A stretch of DNA of 63,656 nt, the filler included, from Reticulomyxa filosa (Eukaryota > Protista > Foraminifera): assembly GCA_000512085.1 (NCBI GenBank). It is 16 parts of 16 records of this genome, joined end to end, with 100 filler letters (N's around TTAATTAATTAA, not from the genome) between each part and the next. Parts side by side here need not be neighbours in the genome. Positions count along the whole stretch, not along the records: positions 1 to 18,600 come from ASPP01003082.1; 15 more parts are not named here. One strand, 5' to 3'. Below the pieces are notes generated by a model. It ran no database searches, had not been told where the DNA came from, and saw only the letters and a list, made by a program, of their open reading frames with translations. This document shows, piece by piece, positions 1 through 11,169 of this stretch (position 1 is the stretch's first letter; each line of letters opens with the position of its first letter). The position numbers and the translations under genes were made by a program.

Positions 1-149
1 AATCTTTGAACATTAAAACTAGATCGCATTGTTTATTTCCTTCATCATTTGAGACAGACATCAGAAAAATTTAATTTTTTGGGATATATTTCAGCAAAAC
101 AATGACATGAAAATTATGTATATTGTAGTATAATGAAATGATAGTACAT

Positions 150-180
150 TAGAATGCAAAGTAAAGTTGAAATCTAAAAC
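150..180 (+). repeat. Dispersed repeat copy 1 (tagaatgcaaagtaaagttga...), adjacent to the left IR arm
   Basis: 21 nt identical to 43914-43934, with partial similarity continuing (aatctaaaac vs cacctaaaat). Confidence 0.7.
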
Positions 181-585
181 GGTACATTATATAAATGATT
201 GATTTTCTACATGAAAAAACAACATTTAATCAATTTTTTAAAAATATCTACAAATAGTGTAGTTTTTAAATATCATTTTGGTTTTTTATTTATCTTTCGA
301 ATTTTTTTCTAAGACAATTGCAAATTTAAGTTAGTATAGTTAATGCAGCAAAAATAAAATCAATTAAATAAATATGCCAAAAACATCAAAACACCAAACT
401 GAAAAAAATCGAAAATTTCAAAAAATCAAATGAAAGATTCAAATTTTTGAAAAATTTTTTAAATATGAAATAGAAAACCAAAATGATATTTAAAAACTAC
501 GCTATTTGTAGATATTTTTAAAAAACTTTGATTAAATGTTGTTTTTTCATGTAGAAAATCAATCATCTTCATAAAGTGCCGTTTT
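176..585. repeat. Long inverted repeat (arms ~176-291 and ~468-585) around an AT-rich spacer; foldback/MITE-like element
   Basis: The reverse complement of 176-291 aligns to 468-585 with about 7 substitutions and one 2-bp indel (by eye); e.g. atgattgattttctacatgaaaaaacaacatttaatcaa vs ttgattaaatgttgttttttcatgtagaaaatcaatcat. Confidence 0.85.
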
Positions 586-1462
586 ATGTTTCTTTTGTTA
601 TAATATAAATACGGCAGAATAAAAAAGAAAGTATAGTAGAAAAGTCATGAACACGAAAATGTCAATATAAAGATGATATGTTTTCATATGAAAAATCAAC
701 ATTTTTTAATATTTACAAAGAAACAATAATTTATAAAACCACTGGAATCATTTCTGGCAAAGTAAGGCCAAAAGTGTAAAAAAGCTAATTCAAAAGTGAA
801 GAATGCAAAATGGCACAAATATATGTTCAATTACGAAATAGATTTGAAATGCAAACATTGTACTGACCACGAATACATCATATCATCGAAACAATAAAAG
901 CAAATACTTGTAGCTTTGTTTCCAACATTGGACAAACAATAAAATAGACTAAAAACGCGGAAAACACTGAAAGAATGAAAACAGATAAAAAAACATTTAA
1001 AACAGTAACATTCGATAATTCCGAAAAAAATTCAACTGCACATTGAATATCAAATGCTTTTCCGGCAAATGCAAGAAAACATTTAATTTAATAATTGTGT
1101 ATGTAATTAATTATTGTTTTTGATTAATTTGTTATTTACTAATTTTTTTTCAATGCAGGAAATTCTTATAAAACTGATGTTTATTTTTTCTTTTTTGCGA
1201 ATTGCGTTATATTCCTTTTAAACTTTTTATTGTTAAGAATTGTTTACTGCACAATAATTACATTTGTCCCTTTGGCACCAGATAAATAAAAATAACTGTA
1301 TATGATCATAATGAAACAAAACTCCAGATTTTGCAACTAAAAAAATATCAATACACTACAATTTAAATGAAAACAAGAGAGATGTATTTCTCAATGATGA
1401 GTTTGCCATTGTGATAATATTCTCTTAATTCTGTTTTTCAATAGAAAAATTTTGATTTTATT

Positions 1463-4400
1463 TCATCCAAAAAGAGTTGATTCGTTCAAGCCAATTGTTT
1501 CTTCATCCTCAGTTGACATTGATTTTAAGCGTAACCTACGCCCGAATTGGCATTGTTGTCTGTATGATTGAACAAATGTAACAATTTACACATCTTTTTG
1601 TAAAATGTGCATACGTAAAACCTGTTCATTATTTCAGTGTTTGGCTTCATCTTAGGAACTGGTACGGAAGAATTAATGAGACAGTCAATTTCTTTAATAC
1701 AGCCAATCTCATGTTTTTTTATGATTAAATTGATTGGCATTGTGTTTTTGTTTCGTCAATTGCGTATGCAAAAACGTAGAAGTAGCACGTTCGCTTACTT
1801 TGGAATCGCTTTGAATTATTGTGTTTTGGAAAGTTGGCGCGTGATGATTCAGATCTGAAGGTGAAAGCTTTTTGCTCGAAGAGTAATTCGAACGAAACGC
1901 CTTTCCAATCTTTGGACTCAGTTCATTTGTGGCATTAAAAGTGTTGAGTGAATCTTGCACACTATGTTTGGTCTCATTCAATGACCAACTTAAGACATCT
2001 TTGTGGTTCGGATGGTTGGAAGAAAGTGTTGGTGAGTGCGCAATATTTATTTCAAAACTGTCTTTGCACTTGTGTTTCCCTGATTTTTGTTCAAATCTTA
2101 CTGCGGATTGAGTACGGATACGGTTGCAAGAATTACTTGATAGTTGTGGACAAGCGTTCGAGCGTGCATCTGCATACACAAACTCATCTTCAACCACTAG
2201 GTCTGGCACAAGCATATCTATATTACAAGACATTTGCTTTATCTTTTCAGGCGACAGCAAAGATACAAAACAAAAAAAATTTGCACCTTGCACAAGAGCG
2301 AGTTGTTCCCACTGATCACAATCATCAATTGCATTGGCATTAGTTTGGCTTGTGGAACCAAATGAAAGACGACGTGCAGGTAGCAAGAGATCATCTCTAG
2401 AGTGTGTTTCTACAATACTATTATGGTGGCTTGTCGCAACATTAAGGTCATCTTCCACGCTTGCTATTTCAACTGATTCGTAGCAATCTTTCAATGAAGC
2501 TTTTTTCCACAAGTTGGAGTCTTTCAACGGTGTTGGTATCTTTTGTTGATGCAAACGTTCATTCCAAATTTTGTAGTCGAGTTTATTGCTATTACCACGG
2601 CTTGTCCTGTCCAAGCCAATTTCATGTCGACTTGACCTCCATTCCAAAGTAGTATGCGATGTTTTTGGTGTATGAGTGCTGTCACTGTTCCAAGCAATCC
2701 ATACAAGACCAATTTTAAAAAATTATTTCTCTGCAAACAAAACAATAAACTCAAAGAGAAACAATGAGCGAATATATGTATATGTACATATATTGCATAT
2801 ATTTCTAGGTATGTAGCAAAGATGCAAAATACATGGCCGAAAGTGGATTGACGTCCTTGTTATTAAATTGATCCTCAGATAAACAATGTTTCCTTCGTTT
2901 GCGTATTGCATCATTTGCGTCGACATTGTTTGCATGCAACTGACTGTTACTACTGTTATAATGATCTTGTTGTGTTTCACAATGGACTCGTTTTCGTTTT
3001 TTGCTGGAGTGGCCTGTTCTCACAGGTTGATTAGCTCCCTGATTTGGTTGAACTTGGACATTGTTATCACTCTTTGGCTTAACACAGGATTTGTCTGGGA
3101 TTTTGATTTCATCTATCGTTTTTGTTTCATTTTTGTCGCCCTTGTTTCCTTCGATACTACAATGAGCATTTACAATGGGTCGGACTAGTTTGTTTATGCG
3201 TTCTTCAGTTCTCTCAGTCTTGTCCATTGCTTCCCTTTCACTCTCGGACTTTCTGATGGCGCAGGTGTCTATCTTCGAAACTTCTTCATTTGGTTTCGTC
3301 TCATTTGCGCATGATTGTCCCGCAGAGGAGACAATCGTAGCTGCGGAAAGCGTATTTTCCGTCCATGGTGGAATCGTGTCTAGCTTAAAATCAAACGACA
3401 GTATAGTTTTATCATCAAATGGACATTTCAAAATGGGGTCGATTACACCCTCCGCAATTTGCTGAGCAGTCTCATGGCCGAACATTCTGGGTTTGTTTTT
3501 GTTGTTGTTGTTGTTTTTTGTTTTTTTTTTTGGTTATACAAACTGAAATGCAACCAAATAAATTAAAACAAAACAAAACAAACAAAAAAAAAAAAAAGCA
3601 AACGTACGGCCCTAAAAAAGAAATATCATGAGTAAGCAAATTTGCAGGCAATGGACTTAAATGAACCAATTGTTTCAGATCCTTATCGTACACTGTTTGA
3701 TGATAGAAAGTCCATTTTGCTTTTTGAAACTGATTTAAATAGCCACAAGGTATTTTAATCTTTCCTTCCAGTTGCAATGCACGAACAACTTTGTTAACGT
3801 TCCTACCTTTGGATATTAGTTGGTGAGCTTTTTTAAAACCTAAGCCTGGTAGTGATGTTAAATAGTCACATCCACTTAATATACAAGTATCCACAAACAT
3901 GTCATGTGTCCACTTTGCAAATCTATGCTCTCATTTTATTATTTTTTTTTTGCAATTTTACATTTTGAGTACATCACGACTATGTTTTTATCTTATTACG
4001 TATACCTCCGTGGGAACAACGACAATGTGTCCATAAAAAAAACGAAACTTTGGTGAGTCATTCAAAGACAAATTTTCTAACATAATCTCTTCACCTTTAC
4101 CATCATTGCGTTTCCATTTGAATAATACCTTTTTTTAAATTAAAAAAAAAATGACTACGTATATTTTAAAAAATTCAAATAAATATTAAACTTTTCCAAT
4201 TCCAAACACTAATAAATCAGAATCTTCGGAGATCACTGCCGATATCTTATTAGTGCGATACAGATATGCCAATTGCGCATCTGCTTCATATGGAGCAACA
4301 ATGTATTCTACTTTTAGTTGTTTCAGCAGCTTTTTTTATCATCACAACATACCCACATGTATGCAACACTTTTGATTGTTTTAACACAAACACAAAAATA

Positions 4401-4858
4401 AATAAAAATGATATTGAACGCATTCTCTCTCTTTTCTTTGATTTTTTATAAACTTGAATGCATTGATATGCCATTTGTGGAGTCACGTCCACTGCTTTGG
4501 CGTAGTACTGTATCGCTTTATCTTTTTTTCCTTCTCGCTCCAAACTTCTTGCAATCTTCAAATTTTCTTTACGCTTTTGTGCGCGATTGTCTTCAGTTAA
4601 TTGTTTTAATGGTAAATAGCAACCGTCAAATACTATTATTGGCTTTATATTGTAGTGCAAAAGAACTTGCACCAAATCAATAAAATGATCAATATATCTC
4701 CTGGTGGGAACGTTGTTACAAAGCTCGTAGCAACACGAGTACACTCCTTTGTGCAGCCAACAATATCCATCTACACCTACAGTCTTTCCACTATAAGCTC
4801 CAATTTCCACGCTGTATGTGATAGATGACAGATATTTCAAAAGATTTTGAATGCCCAT
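1463..4858 (-). CDS. EXO1: Exonuclease 1 (XPG/RAD2 family), multi-exon; 3' end approximate
   Basis: [30 protein letters not shown]; [29 protein letters not shown] (exon ~4192-4316); H3[22 protein letters not shown]; long low-complexity C-terminus. Probable 1-nt homopolymer slip near 1714-1720. Confidence 0.93.
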
Positions 4859-5205
4859 TTTTTTCTTTCTTTGCTTCTTCTTGAAAGTACTCCTGTTTTT
4901 CTTGCGCCAAAAAGTTTTAAACTGTTTTTATCTCTCAATGCTTTGGTCTACGAATAGCACTGATTTTAAAAGCAAGTTTTAACTCAACAAACTCTGAATT
5001 GTGTGTTCATTGACTAATTTTTTGCTTTATTTTAAATTTCTCCCTTCTCTTTATAAATAATTAAAACACTACATCACATTAAATATGAAAAAATGAAGGG
5101 TATGGTATTGTAATGATACGAATCGGCACCAAAGGTAGGATAAATCATGCGTTGTTTTGACCAAACAAAGACTTTTTTTTAAAAAAAATATATAAAAAAA
5201 GCAAA
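4859..5205. promoter_or_regulatory. Short intergenic region between divergently transcribed EXO1 and gamma-CA (likely bidirectional promoter)
   Basis: Head-to-head start codons at 4858(-) and 5206(+), about 350 bp apart. No specific element identified. Confidence 0.4.
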
Positions 5206-6140
5206 ATGGTGAAATTTTTTCGTTTATCACGTTTGGTAAACTTAAAATCTTGCAGTTCTCGACATTTTTATTCCTCTGGCAACATTTTGAAACCAGCAAC
5301 TGGTGGTGTGTTTGTCGCTTTCAAGGGAAAATCGCCAAAAGTTGCTAACTCTGGTAAATTTGATTAAAATGAAAGAACATTTAAAAATGAAAACATGAAA
5401 GAAAAGATCAAATTTGTTTTTTTAAATAGCATTTATTGCGAATAATGCAGTTTTAATTGGAAATGTGGAAATTGGTGCGAATGCAAGTATTTGGTACAAC
5501 TGTGTATTACGTGGAGATGTATCTTATATTCGCGTAGGTGAAAATACAAATATTCAAGATGGCACAATTATCCATTGCAATAGTGAAAGGCAAAATAAAT
5601 AAATATTTATTTATTTACGTTAATATCATTATTAATGTTATTTTTTTATTTTTAAAAAATCAAATAGAAAAGATATCGGAAGACCTGAAGCTCCAACAAT
5701 TATAGGATCAAATGTCACTGTTGGTCATCAAGTTAAATAATTAATTTTTAATTATTATTGAAATATAATATTTATGTCTTTTTTTATTAAATATAAAGGC
5801 TTTATTACACGCGTGCATTATTCGTGATTATGCTTTTATTGGAATGAGTGTAAGTTAATCATTTATTTTTTTTTATTTGAATTGATTTGTTATTCAACAC
5901 ATTATGATATTGATTCCTTTCTTTTAGGCAACGGTAATGGATGATGTAGAAGTTGAAAGTGAAGCAATTGTGGCTGCTGGAGCACTTGTCACTGCCGGAA
6001 AAAAAGTAAAATCAGGAGAACTTTGGGCTGGAAGACCCGCAAAAATGATTAGAACTGTCACTGCAAAAGAAGTTGAAGAAATGATTCGATGGAGTGCTAA
6101 CAATTATGTTCAATTATCAAAACAATATTTATCACACTAA
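5206..6140 (+). CDS. Gamma-class carbonic anhydrase (left-handed beta-helix) with mitochondrial-type presequence; 5 exons
   Basis: Spliced translation MVKFFRLSRLVNLKSCSSRHFYSSG..AFIANNAVLIGNVEIGANASIWYNCVLRGDV..NIQDGTIIH..PTIIGSNVTVGHQ/ALLHACII..AFIGMS/ATVMDD..VAAGALV..GELWAGRPAK. The three Zn-ligand His are present. The N-terminus is Arg-rich and acid-free. Confidence 0.9.
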
Positions 6141-6824
6141 TGTTGTGCACAAACAATTTTTATTCACTCAATTTACCTACACTTAAAATTGATTAATAGC
6201 ATAATGTAAAAGAACAAAAATTTCAATTTTTTTTTAAATTGTATCACAAAGTAGCAACTTTCAAATAACATAATAAATAATGAGCAAAAAATAGAAATTA
6301 AAAAGGAATAGAGTATAAAAATATTGGTTGATTATGTATTTTTCCAAAAAATGTTACCAGGAATTGAGTTATCAAAATGTCAATTATTGTTCTCTAGTTT
6401 ATCGATCAATGTCATAAATATGATTTTGGCCTTGTAACTAATTAAAAGCGTTTTATTTTTTCTAATAATTTATTTCGCTACAAACTGAAGGGTAAGTCAA
6501 AGTATTACAGGTTAGAAAGTATTGTGTCAGATTTTGTGGATTTGTGGATCGCAAGACAGTCAACATGGCGAAATGATACGAGTAATCTTTCTATTGTGTT
6601 CAAAAAAATCGAGTAACTGTGAGTGATACATGTATATAGCTTGTAGACGTCTGGTTGAGATTGTGATACACATTTTGTCTGAACTGGCGTGATCAAATAC
6701 AATGACTGAAATGAATAACGAAAGTTACCGTAAAAAAAAATTGCTTTTTTGTTTGTTAAATTGAGCGAGAAATGGAAAGGGTGCGATAGCGAATTGGATT
6801 CAACCTGAACAAGCACAAAATTGA

Positions 6825-8594
6825 TCAGGGACATTTTTTGTGAACAATGGCACACCCATGTTCCTCAAACTCATGTTTAGTGATCCATTGATCCTGAAAA
6901 TTGTCAATGCTAGCCAAAATACTTCCTCCCATCCAAACAGCAAAAGATCGTTCCTGCAGAGTGTCAAAATAGCAGGCCTTAATCTGTAAAGAAGTGGGTA
7001 AATAGCAAAGGACTTCCTTCAAAAGCCTTTCAACGAACCCAACATAGCGAGAGCTTCCGCCGCATATGACAACGTTGTTGCACAGAGCAGCCCTTACTTC
7101 CATGTCACAAGCAAATAAGGAATCCAAAGCCATTCCACACAAGCCACGAGCCTTGTATTTATTTTTGGCGAATGTATGTGACTTTGATTTGTCGTTGCTA
7201 AGACCATCTACAGTGTCAGCAAAGACTCGTTCGCAAATGATATAACTATGATTTTTGTCATTTTCATTATTATTGCCATTGTTGTTCCAAGTGCTTGATT
7301 GCTTTGCAAAATCAATGACATATCCATCAGGCAAAGTGTAGGTATATCCGGTATCGATTGGAGCTTTTTCATCGACAAGCGACGAAGAATTGGAATGAAA
7401 GGCTTCTTTCATATATTGATGGATTGGAGGTGGATAAATTTCCTCACTAAAGTTCAATGGGATGGTTTTTACTTGACACAAACTTTCTTTCATATCACGA
7501 ACAGTATTCATTCGCAAGAAATTATTGTATGAATTGGTGAGTTCTAATGTTTATTGTTTTTTTTTTTTTTTTTTCAATAAATCAAATAAATGCACAAAAT
7601 AAATAGCTATTATTATGTGTTTTGTTTTGTTGATAATGTAGTTGCAACTCAACCACAATTGACATTCTTTGGCAACAATTGACCACTCTTTAAATGGAAA
7701 GTTTCTTGCAAATAAGCGGTCAAATATTCATCGAGGGCTTCTCCGCCACATCTGACATTAGACCTCATGCCACCCATGAGTACATAACCGTCGGACACCG
7801 GCGATATCCGTACGCTCTTATGGCCACTGTCGATGATCAATCCTGAGGTTTGTCCACTGGCGAAACACGACAACACACTGTCTTTGCACATGTAACAGGC
7901 GTTTATGTTTAAGCCTTCAAACGCCAGTTTACACCACAACTCACGAGATTGTCTCCATTCGTTCAAAGATGAGCTATTGCAGTTAATGTACTCACAAGGC
8001 TCACTAAACAACAATGGGTGGTTGGATAATGCATTGGACACGTCGTCACTCATCACTTCGTCCTCGTCGTGCTTGTTCTCTATCGTCGATTTACTCTTAT
8101 TTCTTCCATTTGATCTCAAACACTGGTTTATCACATTTTGCCACAGACTTAACATGCACGATGCATCTGCTATTTTTCCTGTTTCGTTTTTTTTTGTAAT
8201 ACAATATGCAATGCACTGAAAACTGTTGGAAGAACAAAAGAAAAAAACACTTAAAAAATGGCCACCGAAAATGTTAAACATTATTCATACCCTCGCGAAA
8301 TGGATAAACAATTTCCACATTTTCTTTGGGGGTTGTTGTGTCAAATGTGTAAGTTGTGATCTCAGTCTTGAGAGAGGAGTTGCTCGAGGGTTTGTTTCTT
8401 CTCTTTAATCGAGTACCTCCACGTAACGTTGAAAACTCTGGATTGTGTTGGTTCAAAGTTGTATTTTCTCCTCCAATGCGTCCTGCACAAGTTCGCAGCA
8501 CGCATTGCGGCACATCGTCACCACCAAATCCTCCACGAGTTTGATATGACCCAGTATCAATCACAATTACATTTGGTAAAAGTTGATCATCCAT
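6825..8594 (-). CDS. ARP4: Actin-related protein 4 (ACTL6/BAF53-like nuclear ARP), 3 exons
   Basis: VIVIDTGSYQTRGGFGGDDVP; VLSCFASGQTSGLIIDSG..ISPVSDGYVL; YTLPDG; ERSFAVWMGGSILAS..FQDQWITKHEFEEHG; ends in the ARP4-typical ...HKKCP*. Confidence 0.88.
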
Positions 8595-9302
8595 TTTTGA
8601 AGTGGGTTTCCGCTTTTCTCGCGTCCGTTCAACTTATATAAAAAGTTAAAAACACTTTTTCTTAGTTTCAACATTGTTATGATTAGTCAATCACTTTGTT
8701 ATTAAAACATTTGAAATGCACGAAAAGTTTTTGAGTAAAGATTGTCAGAGTTGTAATTTCGTTATATTTTACTTTATCTTCTTACTTTTTAGAAATTGCC
8801 CTATAAACCTTTTTGCTTTTTTACAATTATTTTTTAAACTTTGTGATGAATAATGATTGAAATCCTTTAGTCATATGAAATCTGATCATTTAATAGTATT
8901 GTAAATACTCTTTCAATATTGATCATTATTCGAGCTTGCACGTAAAAGGACATAATATAATATTGTAATAATTTGTAACATTACATTGATATATTTTGAA
9001 AACAAATTAATCTGTATAGGTTTTAATCTGGTAATTATAAACAATTCAAGAATTTTAAAGTAAAAAATAAGTTCAACAAAATATTTTGTTGTGGCAATTA
9101 CGACAATCATTTAGATCAATTAAAGTCAAATGCTACTAGCTTTGCAAATAAAATTATAACAGCAAAAAGTAGTTCAATATTGCTAAAGAAAATTACACAA
9201 AACAACTACAAGAGCTAAAGTTAATGGTTTCGTTAGCCACTAAACAAAAAGGACTTCTGAGAAAAAATCTATATGAGAAGGAAAAAGCTGAAATAGAGCA
9301 AG

Positions 9303-10697
9303 ATGTCCTTTTCTGCCACGATAACTTTTGGAATATTGACAGTGGGAACGTTTGTGTTTTTGATTACACATTTAGTATATTATTATAAGTGGCCAATAAA
9401 GAGTGTGTACGATCCTGACTTTCCATTAACAGCGATATTTGATTGCAGAAGATGTTTATTCTGTAGAAAGGTTCTTGGAGTGATGACCCCACATGAAGGT
9501 ACTAAATTATGGCTTTCCTTTCTCTCACTGAATACTATGTTCCCTTTTCTAAAACGAACACAAAACACGAATAGAAGAAGTAGTGCGCAGCCACCTGAAA
9601 AATTATGTAATGATTAGTAACATATGGGCATATTTGACACTGGCAACACAGTTTTTGATGGAATTTGTGGTTGCACTATCGGTGCAGATTATCAACGATC
9701 ATGAGCATCCCGAATCGAACGTTCATTTTCAACAATTATGTAAGTTTGCTGGGCCAATTCGCTATGTTTGTATTTGGATTGCCTTCTCCGCAGTGCTTGT
9801 AAGAATAAAAAAATAAAAGGACGACCTTACCTTTTTTTGTGTGATAGTTTGTACAAGTGTACGCATACGTTGCAAAAGCGTGTCCAAACCCGGAATAACA
9901 ATTGTATACGTTGCGTGTGAGTTTGCTTTTGCTTCGTTTGCATGATTCAAAAAAGTACAAACTAAACAAAACAGAAATATTTTTTGCTACGTGGACTGGA
10001 CCTTCAATTGTCTCTTGAAGGACCAAGCAAACAATTTATTACGATTTCGTTGTTCACATTTTACGGTGTTTGGGGGATGGAAGCAGTTTGTCTCGGTATT
10101 GTACCACCTTTTGTTCCAAAACCGAATGGAAAAGGTTGCGCGAGTAAACTTTCATCCACTTTTTACTCTATTGCTGTGGCAATTTTTGCTTCTTGGAATT
10201 TTCCCATTGTCCTTTCAGTTGCTATTTTCTTGAGGCCCTTATGGATATTGCGAAAGGCTGTAAACAGCATGTATGTTTTTTTCTTTTGCTTTTTAAAAAG
10301 TAACAAGGCTATAAACAATAGGAAAATTGAAAACAATTTGGCAAATCAACACGAAAAAGAAATGAAAAAATCAGTAAACTTTGCCATTTTGAGAACGTCC
10401 ATGATTTGTGCTGTGACCAGTTTGATATTTTTAGTCGCAACAGCTTTGTATTATTTACGTTCAACAAACGCCACTTTCATCTTTTTGTTTTTCTATTCCA
10501 TTTCATTTTTTGCAATGGCAATTCTAATCAATTTATCATACCATGATTGTAAACAACGTTGTTGTCCGTGCCTTTTTTTATCGGATGGCCTCGAAGATTA
10601 TCTTACTTCCACAGCTGAGAAGAAAGCCACAATTACCAAATCTCCACAAACAAACAATCAATCCGAAACTGTGCTAGCGGTTGCTACCTTGTCCTAA
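9303..10697 (+). CDS. Multi-pass (about 7 TM) membrane protein, GPCR-like, multi-exon
   Basis: Successive hydrophobic segments across ORFs 9303, 9583 and 9984; Cys in predicted extracellular loops; juxtamembrane CKQRCCPC cluster and S/T-rich tail. No family motif recognised. Confidence 0.6.
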
Positions 10698-11169
10698 TGT
10701 GTAATTTTTGCATTTTTTTCACTTTTTTTTTTTTGTTCGATACGTTTGGCTATGTGCTATTTGTATGTTATCGTATTTTTTTCATTTTGTCATCATGACT
10801 CTTTTTTGAATCGGTGTACTTATTAAGATTACAGAGTTTGTAGAATATCCCCTTTTTTTTCCTTATTTTTGTGCTGTTTCTTTCAAATGAATTTGAATTT
10901 GTCTTGCTATCATAAGACGTGCCTCACTAAAGTGTAACATTTTACGGAAAGGGTATTAATTCAAAAACGAAATAGATCTCTCAAAAGTCAACAAGCCCTT
11001 AAAATAATAAATATGTGCATTTACTTGTTGAAACTAAAAATTGTTTATGTCTTTTCATCATTAGACAAGCGAAACATTTCACAGAAGCAATAGCTTTGTT
11101 TAAATATAGCAAACACTGAACGGCACTCTTTTTTTCTAAAGAGGTTTTTAAAACCGATCTAAAACAGTA

